A stretch of DNA of 64,000 nt from a virus, in IMG/VR virus record IMGVR_UViG_3300028800_000003, positions 1 through 64,000 of that record; one strand, given 5' to 3'. The translations under genes and the position numbers were made by a program. Each line of letters begins with the position of its first letter. The stretch's first letter is position 1. The notes beneath the pieces were generated by a model. It saw only the letters and a program-made list of their open reading frames with translations. It ran no database searches and was not told the DNA's origin. Positions 46,997 to 56,424 of the stretch are shown here, piece by piece.

Positions 46997-47556
46997 TGCT
47001 CGCTCCAGCGCACGACCCCGGCGGCAAGGTCGCAACGCCGCTGCCGGAGGGCATGTTGGGCGACGCCGAGTTCTACGGCCCGCGTGGTGAACGCCGGCTG
47101 TGGCTGCGGCGCTCGTGGATCAAGCCCGGCGAGCAGCGCCGCACGATCATGTTCACGGGCATGAATCCCTCGACAGCAAGCCATGAGGTCAACGATCCGA
47201 CCGTCACGCGCGAGGTGAATTTCTCGATGGCGTGGGGCTTCAACGATTATATCAAGACCAATGTGATGGATTTCCGCGCCACCTATCCGAAGGATTTGCT
47301 GGCACCCGGCGTCATCCCGTGCAGTGAGCGCAATCTTAAAACGATCCTGCACTATGCGCGCTACGCCGAGAAGATCGTCCTGTGTTACGGCGCTCCGAAG
47401 CACAAGTCGCTGGAACGCTACGGCAAGGACGTGACGCAAGCGCTTCTGGACGCCGGCCATTTCGAGAAGATGTTTTGCTTCGGCCTGACGAAGAATGGAT
47501 TCCCGGTCCACCCACTCTACCTGCCAAAGACCGCAACGCTGGTGCCATTCCAATGA
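46996..47556 (+). CDS. DUF1643 family protein
   Basis: R.WL.RSW, MNPSTA...NDPT, FRATYP.DL, G.TK.G.P.HPLY. Confidence 0.9.
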   Translation: MLAPAHDPGGKVATPLPEGMLGDAEFYGPRGERRLWLRRSWIKPGEQRRTIMFTGMNPSTASHEVNDPTVTREVNFSMAWGFNDYIKTNVMDFRATYPKDLLAPGVIPCSERNLKTILHYARYAEKIVLCYGAPKHKSLERYGKDVTQALLDAGHFEKMFCFGLTKNGFPVHPLYLPKTATLVPFQ

Positions 47557-47747
47557 TTGTCGTGAACGTCATCTATTTGCTCGCCGGCATCGCGATCACT
47601 CTCGTCATTGTCGGGGCCTACATCCTATCGCGTCGTGATCTTGAGCTGGGAGCCTTGTTCGGCATCATCCCATTACAAATCGGTGTCGGAGTCGGGTTTA
47701 TCGCATTCATCCTATTCGCCATCAATCACATCAGGTTAGCGATATGA
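47553..47747 (+). CDS. Small two-TM membrane protein
   Basis: Two hydrophobic helices; ATGA-coupled. Confidence 0.6.
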   Translation: MIVVNVIYLLAGIAITLVIVGAYILSRRDLELGALFGIIPLQIGVGVGFIAFILFAINHIRLAI

Positions 47748-48265
47748 CCGAGCAACCCGACGAACTGGAAACGATGCGCTTCATCTACAACGCGCACAAA
47801 AACCAAGTCGACAAAGGCGGCATGCAATACTGGCTGCATCCGGTCTGTGTGCGTGCGCGTCTGGAGAACCCGACCGAGACCGAAATCCTGGTCGCGCTGC
47901 TGCATGACGTGATCGAGGATACCAAATACACGACAGAGCACCTGCTGGCGATGGGCTACAGCAAGGAGGTCGTCGACGCCGTCAAGATCGTGTCGCGACC
48001 TGGAGAACGATGTCGCCTTGGCAGCAATTGTCATTGTCAAGGCGGCACGACTTGTCACCATTTCGGCAGGATCACCTATCGCGACTGGATTCGCCAGATC
48101 GCCGCCAGCGGCAACAAGGCCGCCATCAAGGTCAAGCTGGCCGACAGCGAAGAAAACAGCCGCGAGGATCGGGTTGCGCGGATGCCAGAGAATGAGCGCG
48201 GGCTTGCCGAACGCTATCGCTGGGCGATCCCGATCTTGAAAGAAGCGCTGGAGAAGGCGCAATGA
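47744..48265 (+). CDS. HD-domain, (p)ppGpp-hydrolase-like (SpoT/Mesh1-like) protein
   Basis: AHKNQVDKGG..Y..HP, ALLHDVIEDT, VKLAD. Confidence 0.85.
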   Translation: MTEQPDELETMRFIYNAHKNQVDKGGMQYWLHPVCVRARLENPTETEILVALLHDVIEDTKYTTEHLLAMGYSKEVVDAVKIVSRPGERCRLGSNCHCQGGTTCHHFGRITYRDWIRQIAASGNKAAIKVKLADSEENSREDRVARMPENERGLAERYRWAIPILKEALEKAQ

Positions 48266-48626
48266 GCGGATTGATCGCGTTTGCAATCGTCATCGGTGGT
48301 GTTGCGTGGTTGCTGTATCAGGTCTTCATAAAGGAAATGCAATGAGAACTATCTGGGTGCTGCTTCGGGTCTCATACGAGATCGGCGATTGGAGCCTGAT
48401 CGGCGGCTATCTCTGGAATCAGATCATCATGCGCAGAAAGCCGGATATCAAAACGGACTACTTTCAATGAGGCAGCCCAAGGCCGCCACAATCAGATTTC
48501 GCGGAACCATCGTGGTATCGAAGGAAACAAGCGTGGTTTCTGAGCTGGTGGTTTTATTCATCTCCATATCGATTCACGGTGATGGGGATTGAGTTTCTGT
48601 GGCGGCTGAACTGAGGAAATAAAAAA

Positions 48627-50069
48627 ATGCGACAGCCGAGCGTCTACGAGCAACGCGCCCGCGAACTGTGTGCTGCCGACGGCATCGATCCTGAAAGCCG
48701 CGTGCCGTATCCCGGCAAGCCGAGCCGAACGATGCCGGCATGGGTGCCGTACAAGATCAAGGCAGAGCAGGAAGAACTGGCGAGCATCGCCGCTTCGGCG
48801 CTGCCGCTGCGCGGTCCCGACATGCTACCTCACATCAACCTGCGACCTGAAAATCAGATTGAGACAGACAATCTCAACGCCGTCGCCAAGACCATGATCG
48901 AGATCATGCGTCTGCCGACCATCGTCGACGGCGCGATCATGCCTGACGCCTGTCCGGTCGGGAAGGGCGAGATTCCTGTGGGCGGCGTCGTCGCTACCAA
49001 GGAAGCCATTCACCCTGGATTCCATTCGGCCGACATCTGCTGCTCGATGGCAGTGTCGATCTTCTCTACACCGGCAGATCGCGGTCCTGGCAAGGAAATC
49101 CTCGACGCCGGCATGAAGATCAGCCATTTCGGCGGCGGTGGCCGTCCGCATAGCCACGACATGCAGTGCTCGAATTCTCTGCTCGCCGAGTTCGAGAGCA
49201 ATCGCTTTCTGTCCAACATGATCGAGATGGCGCGCAAGCATTTCGGCACGCAAGGCGACGGCAATCATTTCTTCTATGTCGGCCGCGTTGCCTCGACGGG
49301 CCAGACAGCACTGGTGACACATCACGGCTCCCGCGCTCCTGGCGCGACGCTCTACAAGCTGGGCATGGACGTTGCAGAGGATTGGCGGCGCAAGTTGTGC
49401 CCGGAGGCGCCGAAGCAAGCCGCCTGGATTCCCAGTGAGACACGCGACGGCGAGGAATACTGGAAGGCGCTCCAGATCATCCGCACCTGGACGAAGAAGA
49501 ACCATTTCGCGATCCACGACGCGGTCTCCAAGCATCTCGGCTTGAGAGTCGTTGATCGCTTCTGGAACGAGCACAACTTCGTGTTCCGGAAGCCGGATGG
49601 TCTTTTCTACCACGCCAAGGGCGCGACTCCGGCCTTTCCGTATTGGGCCGCTGACGTATCAGACCACCTGACGCTGATCCCGCTCAACATGGCACAGCCG
49701 ATTCTGATCGCCAGTGGACTCAACGCGCCGCACGCGCTCGGCTTCGCCCCGCACGGCGCCGGCCGCAATATGAGTCGCACGGCGTATGAGCGGTCACTTG
49801 GCGAGATGGCGGTGAACGCCGACCATTTCGTCAAGTCACAGACGCCTGGATTGGACGTGCGCTTCTTCTGCGGCGTCCCTGACCTGTCGGAGTTGCCCGG
49901 CGCCTACAAGAACGCCGACGCGGTGCGTGCGCAGATTGATGAATTCGGTCTCGCCGAGATCGTCGATACCATCGAGCCGATCGGAACCATCATGGCAGGG
50001 GATTGGCAGGCCGACATGCCGTGGCGGAAGAAACGCCAGAAAAAGGTCGCGGAGGCCACCGCACAGTGA
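48627..50069 (+). CDS. rtcB: RtcB RNA ligase
   Basis: MPDAC, PVGGV, ADICCS, GTQGDGNHF, HHGSR, HNF, HAKGAT, PHGAGR, E.PGAYK. Confidence 0.92.
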   Translation: MRQPSVYEQRARELCAADGIDPESRVPYPGKPSRTMPAWVPYKIKAEQEELASIAASALPLRGPDMLPHINLRPENQIETDNLNAVAKTMIEIMRLPTIVDGAIMPDACPVGKGEIPVGGVVATKEAIHPGFHSADICCSMAVSIFSTPADRGPGKEILDAGMKISHFGGGGRPHSHDMQCSNSLLAEFESNRFLSNMIEMARKHFGTQGDGNHFFYVGRVASTGQTALVTHHGSRAPGATLYKLGMDVAEDWRRKLCPEAPKQAAWIPSETRDGEEYWKALQIIRTWTKKNHFAIHDAVSKHLGLRVVDRFWNEHNFVFRKPDGLFYHAKGATPAFPYWAADVSDHLTLIPLNMAQPILIASGLNAPHALGFAPHGAGRNMSRTAYERSLGEMAVNADHFVKSQTPGLDVRFFCGVPDLSELPGAYKNADAVRAQIDEFGLAEIVDTIEPIGTIMAGDWQADMPWRKKRQKKVAEATAQ

Positions 50070-50157
50070 TCGCTGTCGTCATCACATTCATTTTCGGAGC
50101 GGTCGCGTTCTACATGGCGATACGACCTGGGAAGCAAGCTCAACGAGGGACCAACTC

Positions 50158-50319
50158 ATGATTCGCAAGCGTCGCTGGAAAGAGTCGCGCCGCGTCGGCG
50201 CCCAAGCAATCATCTGGGCGATGGAAGGCTGGTATCTGTTCGGTCTCATCCCGCTCTACGTGCGCGACATCGAACCGCGCGGCGTCTACGGCTACGTCGG
50301 AGATCAACCAAATGGCTGA
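50158..50319 (+). CDS. Small protein (EGWYLFGLIPLY motif)
   Basis: GAGG RBS. Confidence 0.55.
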   Translation: MIRKRRWKESRRVGAQAIIWAMEGWYLFGLIPLYVRDIEPRGVYGYVGDQPNG

Positions 50320-50488
50320 CAAGGAATTCACCGTCACGGGCCGCTTCGTTATGCACGGTACGGCCACGGTGCGAGCGCAAAATCTGAGTGAGGCGCGCGA
50401 TAAATTCAACAACGGTGATTTTGATCGCGATCCAGGCGCTGAGTGCGTCGACTGGCAAGCTGAGAAGGTCGAAGAAAACGATGGGTAA
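50312..50488 (+). CDS. Small hypothetical protein
   Basis: Translated by hand, starts MADKEFTVTG; GGAG RBS. Confidence 0.55.
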   Translation: MADKEFTVTGRFVMHGTATVRAQNLSEARDKFNNGDFDRDPGAECVDWQAEKVEENDG

Positions 50489-50882
50489 AGTGATTCCGTG
50501 GGCAAAAGAACAGATAGACTATCTGAAAGAGCGCAAGGCGGCCGGCGACAGTCCTACCATCATCGGTCGAGCCCTCGGCAGGAGTCGCAACTCAGTCATG
50601 GGCAAGTCCGTCAGACTTGGCCTTGGAGCCTGGGATAGCGATTGCACTATGGAACGCGACGGGTACGGCCATTTCAAATCGCTGCCGCCAGTCGCGCAGA
50701 CAAGCGCGCAACGAAAACGCGCCGCCGACGCCCGCGAAGCGCAAGCCAACATCGTTAAAGAGCGGCGCAATAAATACGCTCTAACCATAAAGCGCACCCA
50801 TTCTTACCAATCCAAGGAAGACTTACGCCGGATGTTTGAGCGGGCGTGGGTCAACACCGCCAAAACCGGAGCGGCAGCATGA
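50481..50882 (+). CDS. GcrA-like regulator (N-terminal HTH domain)
   Basis: W..EQIDYLK....G.S...I...LG.SRNSV.GK..RLGL. Confidence 0.78.
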   Translation: MGKVIPWAKEQIDYLKERKAAGDSPTIIGRALGRSRNSVMGKSVRLGLGAWDSDCTMERDGYGHFKSLPPVAQTSAQRKRAADAREAQANIVKERRNKYALTIKRTHSYQSKEDLRRMFERAWVNTAKTGAAA

Positions 50883-51457
50883 TCAAGCGTCTCGGCAATT
50901 GGTTCAAATCGCGTCGCGCGCTTCTCGACGAACTGAATGAGGAGCGCCAGATCGCGCATTACTTTAGCGCGATCGTCAAAAAGGATTTCGACAACGTTCC
51001 GTTGGTCGATCAGAGTCTTGGCGAGGATGGTCTGAGAATGGCGTTCAAGTCGCCAGGTTTTGCCGGGCTGCTCGCCGCATTCATGGCGCAGTCGCTCAAA
51101 TCGTGTGGCGCCAAGGCTTACGTCGAGATGCGAGCAATCCATCCCGATTACGGATCGATGATCTTCTCTGTCAGGCGTGAAGCTGGCGAGACGCCGGCCG
51201 AAAAAGCACATCGGATGGAGGAACGCGTCACCGAACTGGAACGCTCTTTCGATTTGCGCTGGAAGGCCGATCAGCGTGCCATCAAGCGCTGGCAGGCTGC
51301 GCATCCTGGCAATGATCTGATCTGGCCGGATCATGCCGACCTGTGCGTCTGGCTGATGGAGCAACTTGAACAACGCCAAGCCGCACTCATCGAGATCGCC
51401 GAGCACGATCCCAAATCGCCAGCCGCTGCCATCGTGCGTCACGTCAATGGTGGATGA
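50879..51457 (+). CDS. Hypothetical protein
   Basis: Coupled; contains ADQRAIKRWQAAHPG..L.WPD. Confidence 0.65.
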   Translation: MIKRLGNWFKSRRALLDELNEERQIAHYFSAIVKKDFDNVPLVDQSLGEDGLRMAFKSPGFAGLLAAFMAQSLKSCGAKAYVEMRAIHPDYGSMIFSVRREAGETPAEKAHRMEERVTELERSFDLRWKADQRAIKRWQAAHPGNDLIWPDHADLCVWLMEQLEQRQAALIEIAEHDPKSPAAAIVRHVNGG

Positions 51458-52171
51458 ATGCGGGAGATTATTCTCGACACAGAAACGACCGGATTCGATC
51501 CTGCCGAAGGACACAGGATCGTCGAGATCGGCTGTGTCGAACTGATCGACAGGAGGCACACCGGCAAGACGTGGCATGTCTATCTGAATCCAGAACGTAC
51601 CATGCCGAAAGATGCCGAGGCGGTGCATGGCTTGACCGAGGAATTTCTCGCCGACAAGCCGGTATTTGCTGCTGTCGCTGCCGATCTTCTGGCATTCATC
51701 GGCAATTCCCAGATGGTGGCGCACAACGCGCCATTCGATCTGGCTTTCCTCAACGCCGAACTGGAACGCTCCGGCCAATTGCCGCTGGAGCACGATCGCA
51801 TCACCGATACGCTGGAGCTGGCGCGCGAAAAGCTGCCAGGCTCGCCGAATACGCTCGATGCACTATGCAGGCGCTTTGACATCAACACCACGCGCCGCGG
51901 TAAGCACGGCGCATTGATCGATGCCGATCTGCTGGCGCAGGTCTACATCGAACTGGTTGTCGAACGTTCACCCGAGTTTGATTTCAGCGCACACCGCGAA
52001 GCGCCGGTCCTTGCCTTGCCGGGCAAACGCATTCGACCGCTTCCGCTGGCGCCGCGGCTGACAGAGGCCGACATTGCTGCACACCGCGCATTCGTTGCGG
52101 CTGCTGTGACGGCGCCAATCTGGGACGACTATTGGCTGGAGGTTAACGACGTGAAGGAACAAGCAGCATGA
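51458..52171 (+). CDS. dnaQ: DNA polymerase III epsilon subunit
   Basis: MREIILDTETTG, HRIVEIGCVEL, AHNAPFD, LDALCRRF, HGALIDA.LLA.VY. Confidence 0.95.
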   Translation: MREIILDTETTGFDPAEGHRIVEIGCVELIDRRHTGKTWHVYLNPERTMPKDAEAVHGLTEEFLADKPVFAAVAADLLAFIGNSQMVAHNAPFDLAFLNAELERSGQLPLEHDRITDTLELAREKLPGSPNTLDALCRRFDINTTRRGKHGALIDADLLAQVYIELVVERSPEFDFSAHREAPVLALPGKRIRPLPLAPRLTEADIAAHRAFVAAAVTAPIWDDYWLEVNDVKEQAA

Positions 52172-52515
52172 AACTGTCCGACTGCCTACTGAGCGCCGCC
52201 ATTCTGTTGATGTCGGCTGGAATTGCTCTGATCATCGTATGGCCGCGCCCGGTCAAGGTCATCAAGGAGCCGCCACAGATCATTCGCGTCGAGGTCCCGG
52301 TGCCGGCGCCGGCCACGCCACCGGCGGTGAAGCCGCCGACTCCGGCCATTGTTCCAATGCCAGAGCCGCGCCCGCAGCATCGTTTCTTTCCGCATCGGCG
52401 GATCGTCCGGCGTCCGCATCATCAGCATCGCTTTCATCGGCGGCCGATTCATATGGCCCAGCCAGCGCCAGCGCCGGGATGCTTTTTCATATTCTGCGGA
52501 GACCAAAATACATGA
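52168..52515 (+). CDS. Pro/His-rich membrane-anchored protein
   Basis: N-terminal TM helix. Confidence 0.6.
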   Translation: MKLSDCLLSAAILLMSAGIALIIVWPRPVKVIKEPPQIIRVEVPVPAPATPPAVKPPTPAIVPMPEPRPQHRFFPHRRIVRRPHHQHRFHRRPIHMAQPAPAPGCFFIFCGDQNT

Positions 52516-52925
52516 GAATTCTGGTTTGCGGTGGTCGCCACTACGCCGATTGCGTGTTGCTATGGAAAACACTTGACGGTTATCTGAAACGCGCTTGGGA
52601 CGAAGCGCAGCGCTTGATCATCATCGAGGGCGGTTGCGAAACCGGCGCCGATTTTCTCGCGCGCGAATGGGCTCGCAAATATCCAAATCGAGTTGAATTG
52701 ATCGACGAACCGGCGAAATGGAGCGACCTGACCCAGCCTGGCGCCGTGATCCGCAAGCGCCGGGATGGCACCGAATACGATGCCAAGGCAGGTCCGCGCC
52801 GCAATCGCAAGATGCTGAAATATCGGCCGCATAAGGTGCTCGCCTTCCCTGGGGGCAAAGGCACCAACAGCATGTGCGAACTTGCGCGCGAGGCCGGCAT
52901 CGAGGTCGAGAAGATCGGATGGTGA
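52512..52925 (+). CDS. DUF2493/YspA-like SLOG protein
   Basis: RILVCGGR, G...GAD, AGPRRN..ML, AFPGGKGT. Confidence 0.88.
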   Translation: MRILVCGGRHYADCVLLWKTLDGYLKRAWDEAQRLIIIEGGCETGADFLAREWARKYPNRVELIDEPAKWSDLTQPGAVIRKRRDGTEYDAKAGPRRNRKMLKYRPHKVLAFPGGKGTNSMCELAREAGIEVEKIGW

Positions 52926-53137
52926 TCTTTCTGGTCAAGCGTGAGCCACGACAACATGCCGAGATTTACGAAATGCTCAAACGATCGATCGGAGAGGTCG
53001 CGGCCACGCGGTGGATGTTCAAGAGCAATTTCTGGCTTGGCGGCTGTTCGCCGGTCGAAGCAATACGTGCCGGACACTATCTCGACGTGAAGGAGATCGC
53101 GCAGCAGCGGGCAGAGGAAGAAGAATCGGCGACATGA
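52919..53137 (+). CDS. Small protein with an Xre/MbcA C-terminal-like motif
   Basis: RWM...N.WLGG.SP.EAI..G. Confidence 0.5.
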   Translation: MVIFLVKREPRQHAEIYEMLKRSIGEVAATRWMFKSNFWLGGCSPVEAIRAGHYLDVKEIAQQRAEEEESAT

Positions 53138-53607
53138 GCGATGCAATCGACGATGCGCTCCTGGCGATGCAAAACGCCATCGGCATCGAACGCAAGGACG
53201 ACAAACCAGAAAGCGACTTCCAACGCGGTGTCGCTCGTGCTGCCGGCCCTCCAGGTGCTGCCGGAGCCAGCGGCGGATTTGTTCCTGGGGCAACCGGTAT
53301 GATGTATCCCGGTCCGATCGGTGCGACTGGCATAACCTTCCGAGTTGGCGTTGTGCCAAAGACTGCGGCGCCGAAAGTCGAATCTGAGTTCCCGCAAGAG
53401 AAATACGTTTGCGTTGGCGGCGCCGCTGATGGCTTTCCCCTTGCATACGACTCTTTCAAGGATCGCACTGACATCTTTATCAAGGGCGCCACCTATACGC
53501 GTCGCAAGCTGTCGGTCGACGGAAACACCATCGCCGTCTTCGGTCACTACGCCATGTCTGATCTGGAGGTGATGCTGGCTTTGTTGGACGGGTATCGGCG
53601 GCAATGA
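53134..53607 (+). CDS. Hypothetical protein
   Basis: Coupled ORF; short G-X-X stretch. Confidence 0.6.
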   Translation: MSDAIDDALLAMQNAIGIERKDDKPESDFQRGVARAAGPPGAAGASGGFVPGATGMMYPGPIGATGITFRVGVVPKTAAPKVESEFPQEKYVCVGGAADGFPLAYDSFKDRTDIFIKGATYTRRKLSVDGNTIAVFGHYAMSDLEVMLALLDGYRRQ

Positions 53608-53999
53608 GTGAATTGTTTTCATTGGAGGAAGCCGCGCGGCGACTCTGCAAGACTAAGACATGGCTGGCGGAATGGCTACGCCACCATCCTGTGGATGACA
53701 ACGGTGATCCATTCTATACTCCGGTTGGTCGCACCAAAATCCTCGACGATCGCGATGTGAATCGCATCAGAGACAAGTTGCGTGAGGAAGAACGATGCCG
53801 CTTAAACTCCAGCCCCCGCGTCAAGGCACGACGGCGAGCTACTATGTCCGCGGATCATACCTCGGCGTCTTTGTGGATCGAAGCACGAAGACTGCTGACC
53901 GAAGGCTCGCCGAGAAAATCCGCAAGCAATGGGAACGCGAGATCGAGGATGGCATCTTCGCCCAGCCCGGCGAAGCAACATTCCTCTCGGCAGCGGTAA
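53604..53999 (+). CDS. Excisionase-like HTH protein
   Basis: FSLEEAARRL.K...WL...GRTKI; overlaps the integrase start. Confidence 0.65.
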   Translation: MSELFSLEEAARRLCKTKTWLAEWLRHHPVDDNGDPFYTPVGRTKILDDRDVNRIRDKLREEERCRLNSSPRVKARRRATMSADHTSASLWIEARRLLTEGSPRKSASNGNARSRMASSPSPAKQHSSRQR

Positions 54000-54862
54000 G
54001 CTACATGGCGCATGGCGGCGAGCGCCGGCCAATCCAGAAGCTGCTCGACCATTTCAAGGAGAAGCCTCTCCGGCAGATCGACCAGAAGGCAATCGATGAT
54101 GCCGCCATCGCCTTGTTCCCTGACGCCGCGCCAGCGACGCGCAACCGCGAGGTCTACACGCCAGTCAGTGCCGTTTTGAAGCACGCCGGCATCACCACGC
54201 CACTGCGGCGCCCAAAGGGCTCGCGCGGCCGCGTGATCCGCAAATGGCTGTGGCCCGAGGAGGCTTGGCGCGTAATCGATGCCGCCTATCGGATCGAGCC
54301 GGAGATAGGCTTGCTCTGCGTCATGCTGCTATTCGACGGTCTGCGCATCACCGAGCAACTAGCGATGCGATGCAATGACGTGCGGCTCGATGAAGGCTTC
54401 GCCTTCGTGCCGGACTCCAAGAACGGCGAGCCGCAGCCCATCGAATTAACCGCCTATGCGATCGAGAAGCTACGTGAGCATCCGCGCGGCCTTGACCGCG
54501 GCAGCGAACGCCTATTCCGGTTCCACAAGGGCGGCGGTCTCGATTTCAAGTTGATCCAGGCCTGCTGCCTGGCATCCGGCGTCGAGGTGCCGAAGCGCGT
54601 TAAACGCGGCTCCAAGTGGCCAGAACTGCCTGCCTATGAGTTTGAATGGGTAAGCTGGCATTCCTTCCGCCGAACCTACGCGACGTGGATGCGGCGCTAC
54701 GGTGGGCTCGACGACAAGGACTTGCGCGACACCGGCCGATGGAAGACGGTGGAGTCCGCATCGCGTTATGCGCAAACGGTTACGAGTGAGGCTGCCCGCA
54801 AGGTTCACCTGCTACCCGTGCCCGGTCGTGTGCTGCCGATGGCAAAAGATGACGTTGTGTGA
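53795..54862 (+). CDS. int: Tyrosine integrase
   Basis: GLRITE, SKNGE, HSFRRTYATW, GRW......RY; adjacent att core. Confidence 0.92.
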   Translation: MPLKLQPPRQGTTASYYVRGSYLGVFVDRSTKTADRRLAEKIRKQWEREIEDGIFAQPGEATFLSAAVSYMAHGGERRPIQKLLDHFKEKPLRQIDQKAIDDAAIALFPDAAPATRNREVYTPVSAVLKHAGITTPLRRPKGSRGRVIRKWLWPEEAWRVIDAAYRIEPEIGLLCVMLLFDGLRITEQLAMRCNDVRLDEGFAFVPDSKNGEPQPIELTAYAIEKLREHPRGLDRGSERLFRFHKGGGLDFKLIQACCLASGVEVPKRVKRGSKWPELPAYEFEWVSWHSFRRTYATWMRRYGGLDDKDLRDTGRWKTVESASRYAQTVTSEAARKVHLLPVPGRVLPMAKDDVV

Positions 54863-54921
54863 ACGGCGTGTGAAATCGACTTTCAGGTCGATAAGTTATT
54901 GATTTTGTTGGGTGGGTGTCG

Positions 54922-54969
54922 CCCTTCACACGGGAGAGGTCGTAGGTTCAATCCCTACAGCGCCCACCA
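54922..54969 (+). other. attP core: 3' half of tRNA-Val(CAC)
   Basis: Anticodon arm CCC-TTCACAC-GGG, T-arm GTAGGTTCAATCCCTAC and acceptor strand GCGCCCACCA; no D-arm or 5' half; flanking GTGTGAA repeats. Confidence 0.85.
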
Positions 54970-55201
54970 GCTAAGCTCTGATTTCACTTACCTTTTTCCA
55001 TTTGGCGAAATTTCTCAGAATCAGCTTCGATCAGAACGGATCATGAAAACTCAGGCTAGACCTGTGTGAAATCCGTGTGATTTGATCACCATCCGTTCAC
55101 GCAGAAATCGCTTGACGCCGTCTCGCCGTGCCGTGTAGGACGCGGTTTAACGCGGAAATAACCGCGTCGTAACCGTAACCCCCGCTCGACACGGAGCCAT
55201 C

Positions 55202-55531
55202 ATGAAGAAGCTGACTGTAGCAGCCACAGCGCTGCTGGCAATGCTCACGGTGACGCCTGCCCTGGCGCAGACCGGAATTGCCTCGATCTATGACCGTGGC
55301 CCAACGGCATCAGGCATCCATTTCAACCCGCGGGCGTTCACCGCGGCGTCGAAGACACTGCCGCTCGGCTCCTATGCCCGCGTCACCAATCTGCACAACG
55401 GCCGCTCTGTCGTCGTGCGGATTATCGATCGCGGCCCTTATATGCGGGGTCGGATCATCGATCTGACGCCGGCCGCGGCGCGCGCCATCGGCAACAGCGG
55501 CCTCGCCCATGTCAGCGTGGAGGCGCTGTAA
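55202..55531 (+). CDS. RlpA-like (DPBB) lytic transglycosylase
   Basis: Signal peptide; G.AS.Y, TASG, TAASKTLPLG, VRIIDRGP, RIIDLT. Confidence 0.9.
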   Translation: MKKLTVAATALLAMLTVTPALAQTGIASIYDRGPTASGIHFNPRAFTAASKTLPLGSYARVTNLHNGRSVVVRIIDRGPYMRGRIIDLTPAAARAIGNSGLAHVSVEAL

Positions 55532-56067
55532 TGAAGCGTCTCGCCCTCGCCTTGGCGGCGTCTGTCGCGTTCTATGCGTCACCCGCCCTCGCCCATCCGC
55601 ATTACCATTCCCACCATCACCGCTACGAGCACGTCTGGCGACACAGAGCCGCGCGCTGGCGCGGTTTCAGCCGACCCTGGGGTAACGACGACGGCAAAGT
55701 CTGGGGCCGCCACGACGCGGCTGGCTGGGGCGGCCGACGCGGGTATATCGGAGGGGGCAACGACGCCCGCGCTCGCGCGCAAGGTTTGCCGGACTGCGGC
55801 GCCTACATGGCCGACCTGTTCGGCTTTGTCGGCAAGGTGGGCCGGGAACTGTGGGTCGCCGCCAACTGGGCGCACATGGGCCACGCCACCGAGCCGCATC
55901 CGGGCGCAGTCGCGGTCTGGCGGCATCACGTCGTCAAGATCGTCGGCGGACAGGACGGCCATGACCGCTGGCTGGTGCAGGACAATCACGGCCGCGGCGG
56001 CAGCCACACCTATTACCGCTCGCTGCATGGCGTCATCGCCATCCGCGACATCGGCGGCACGGGCTGA
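55531..56067 (+). CDS. Secreted CHAP/NlpC-like protein
   Basis: Signal peptide; DCG.YM, AANW...G, AVAVWRHHV. Confidence 0.6.
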   Translation: MKRLALALAASVAFYASPALAHPHYHSHHHRYEHVWRHRAARWRGFSRPWGNDDGKVWGRHDAAGWGGRRGYIGGGNDARARAQGLPDCGAYMADLFGFVGKVGRELWVAANWAHMGHATEPHPGAVAVWRHHVVKIVGGQDGHDRWLVQDNHGRGGSHTYYRSLHGVIAIRDIGGTG

Positions 56068-56223
56068 ACAAATGAAGCGGTTCGGCATGACCGTCGTTCA
56101 GCTCGTCTCGCATCTGATCGAGCACGGCTATCCCGCCGACTTTGCCAGAACCTACGCGCGCAACTGGCACGAGTCTTTCATCAACACGCGTCTGCCGGCG
56201 CCAGGGCTCCTCAAGAGACTCCC

Positions 56224-56424
56224 ATGAACCGCAAACCAATCTATCACGAGACCAACCCGCGTTTCCGAGTCATCTCTGTGCCAAACGGTCAATGGCAGGC
56301 GCAACGTCGCCTCGACGTTCCGTCATCGAATACGGTGGACCCGTGGGCCAACATCGGCGGCCCTGATCCGATCGATGTCGCGCAGGCGCGGATGCAGGCT
56401 GCGGCCGAGACGAAGAAAAAATGA
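56224..56424 (+). CDS. Hypothetical protein
   Basis: ATGA-coupled. Confidence 0.5.
   Translation: MNRKPIYHETNPRFRVISVPNGQWQAQRRLDVPSSNTVDPWANIGGPDPIDVAQARMQAAAETKKK

Noticed and set aside
54922-54969. Functional tRNA-Val gene
   Set aside because: The 5' acceptor strand and D-arm are missing; interpreted as the att core.
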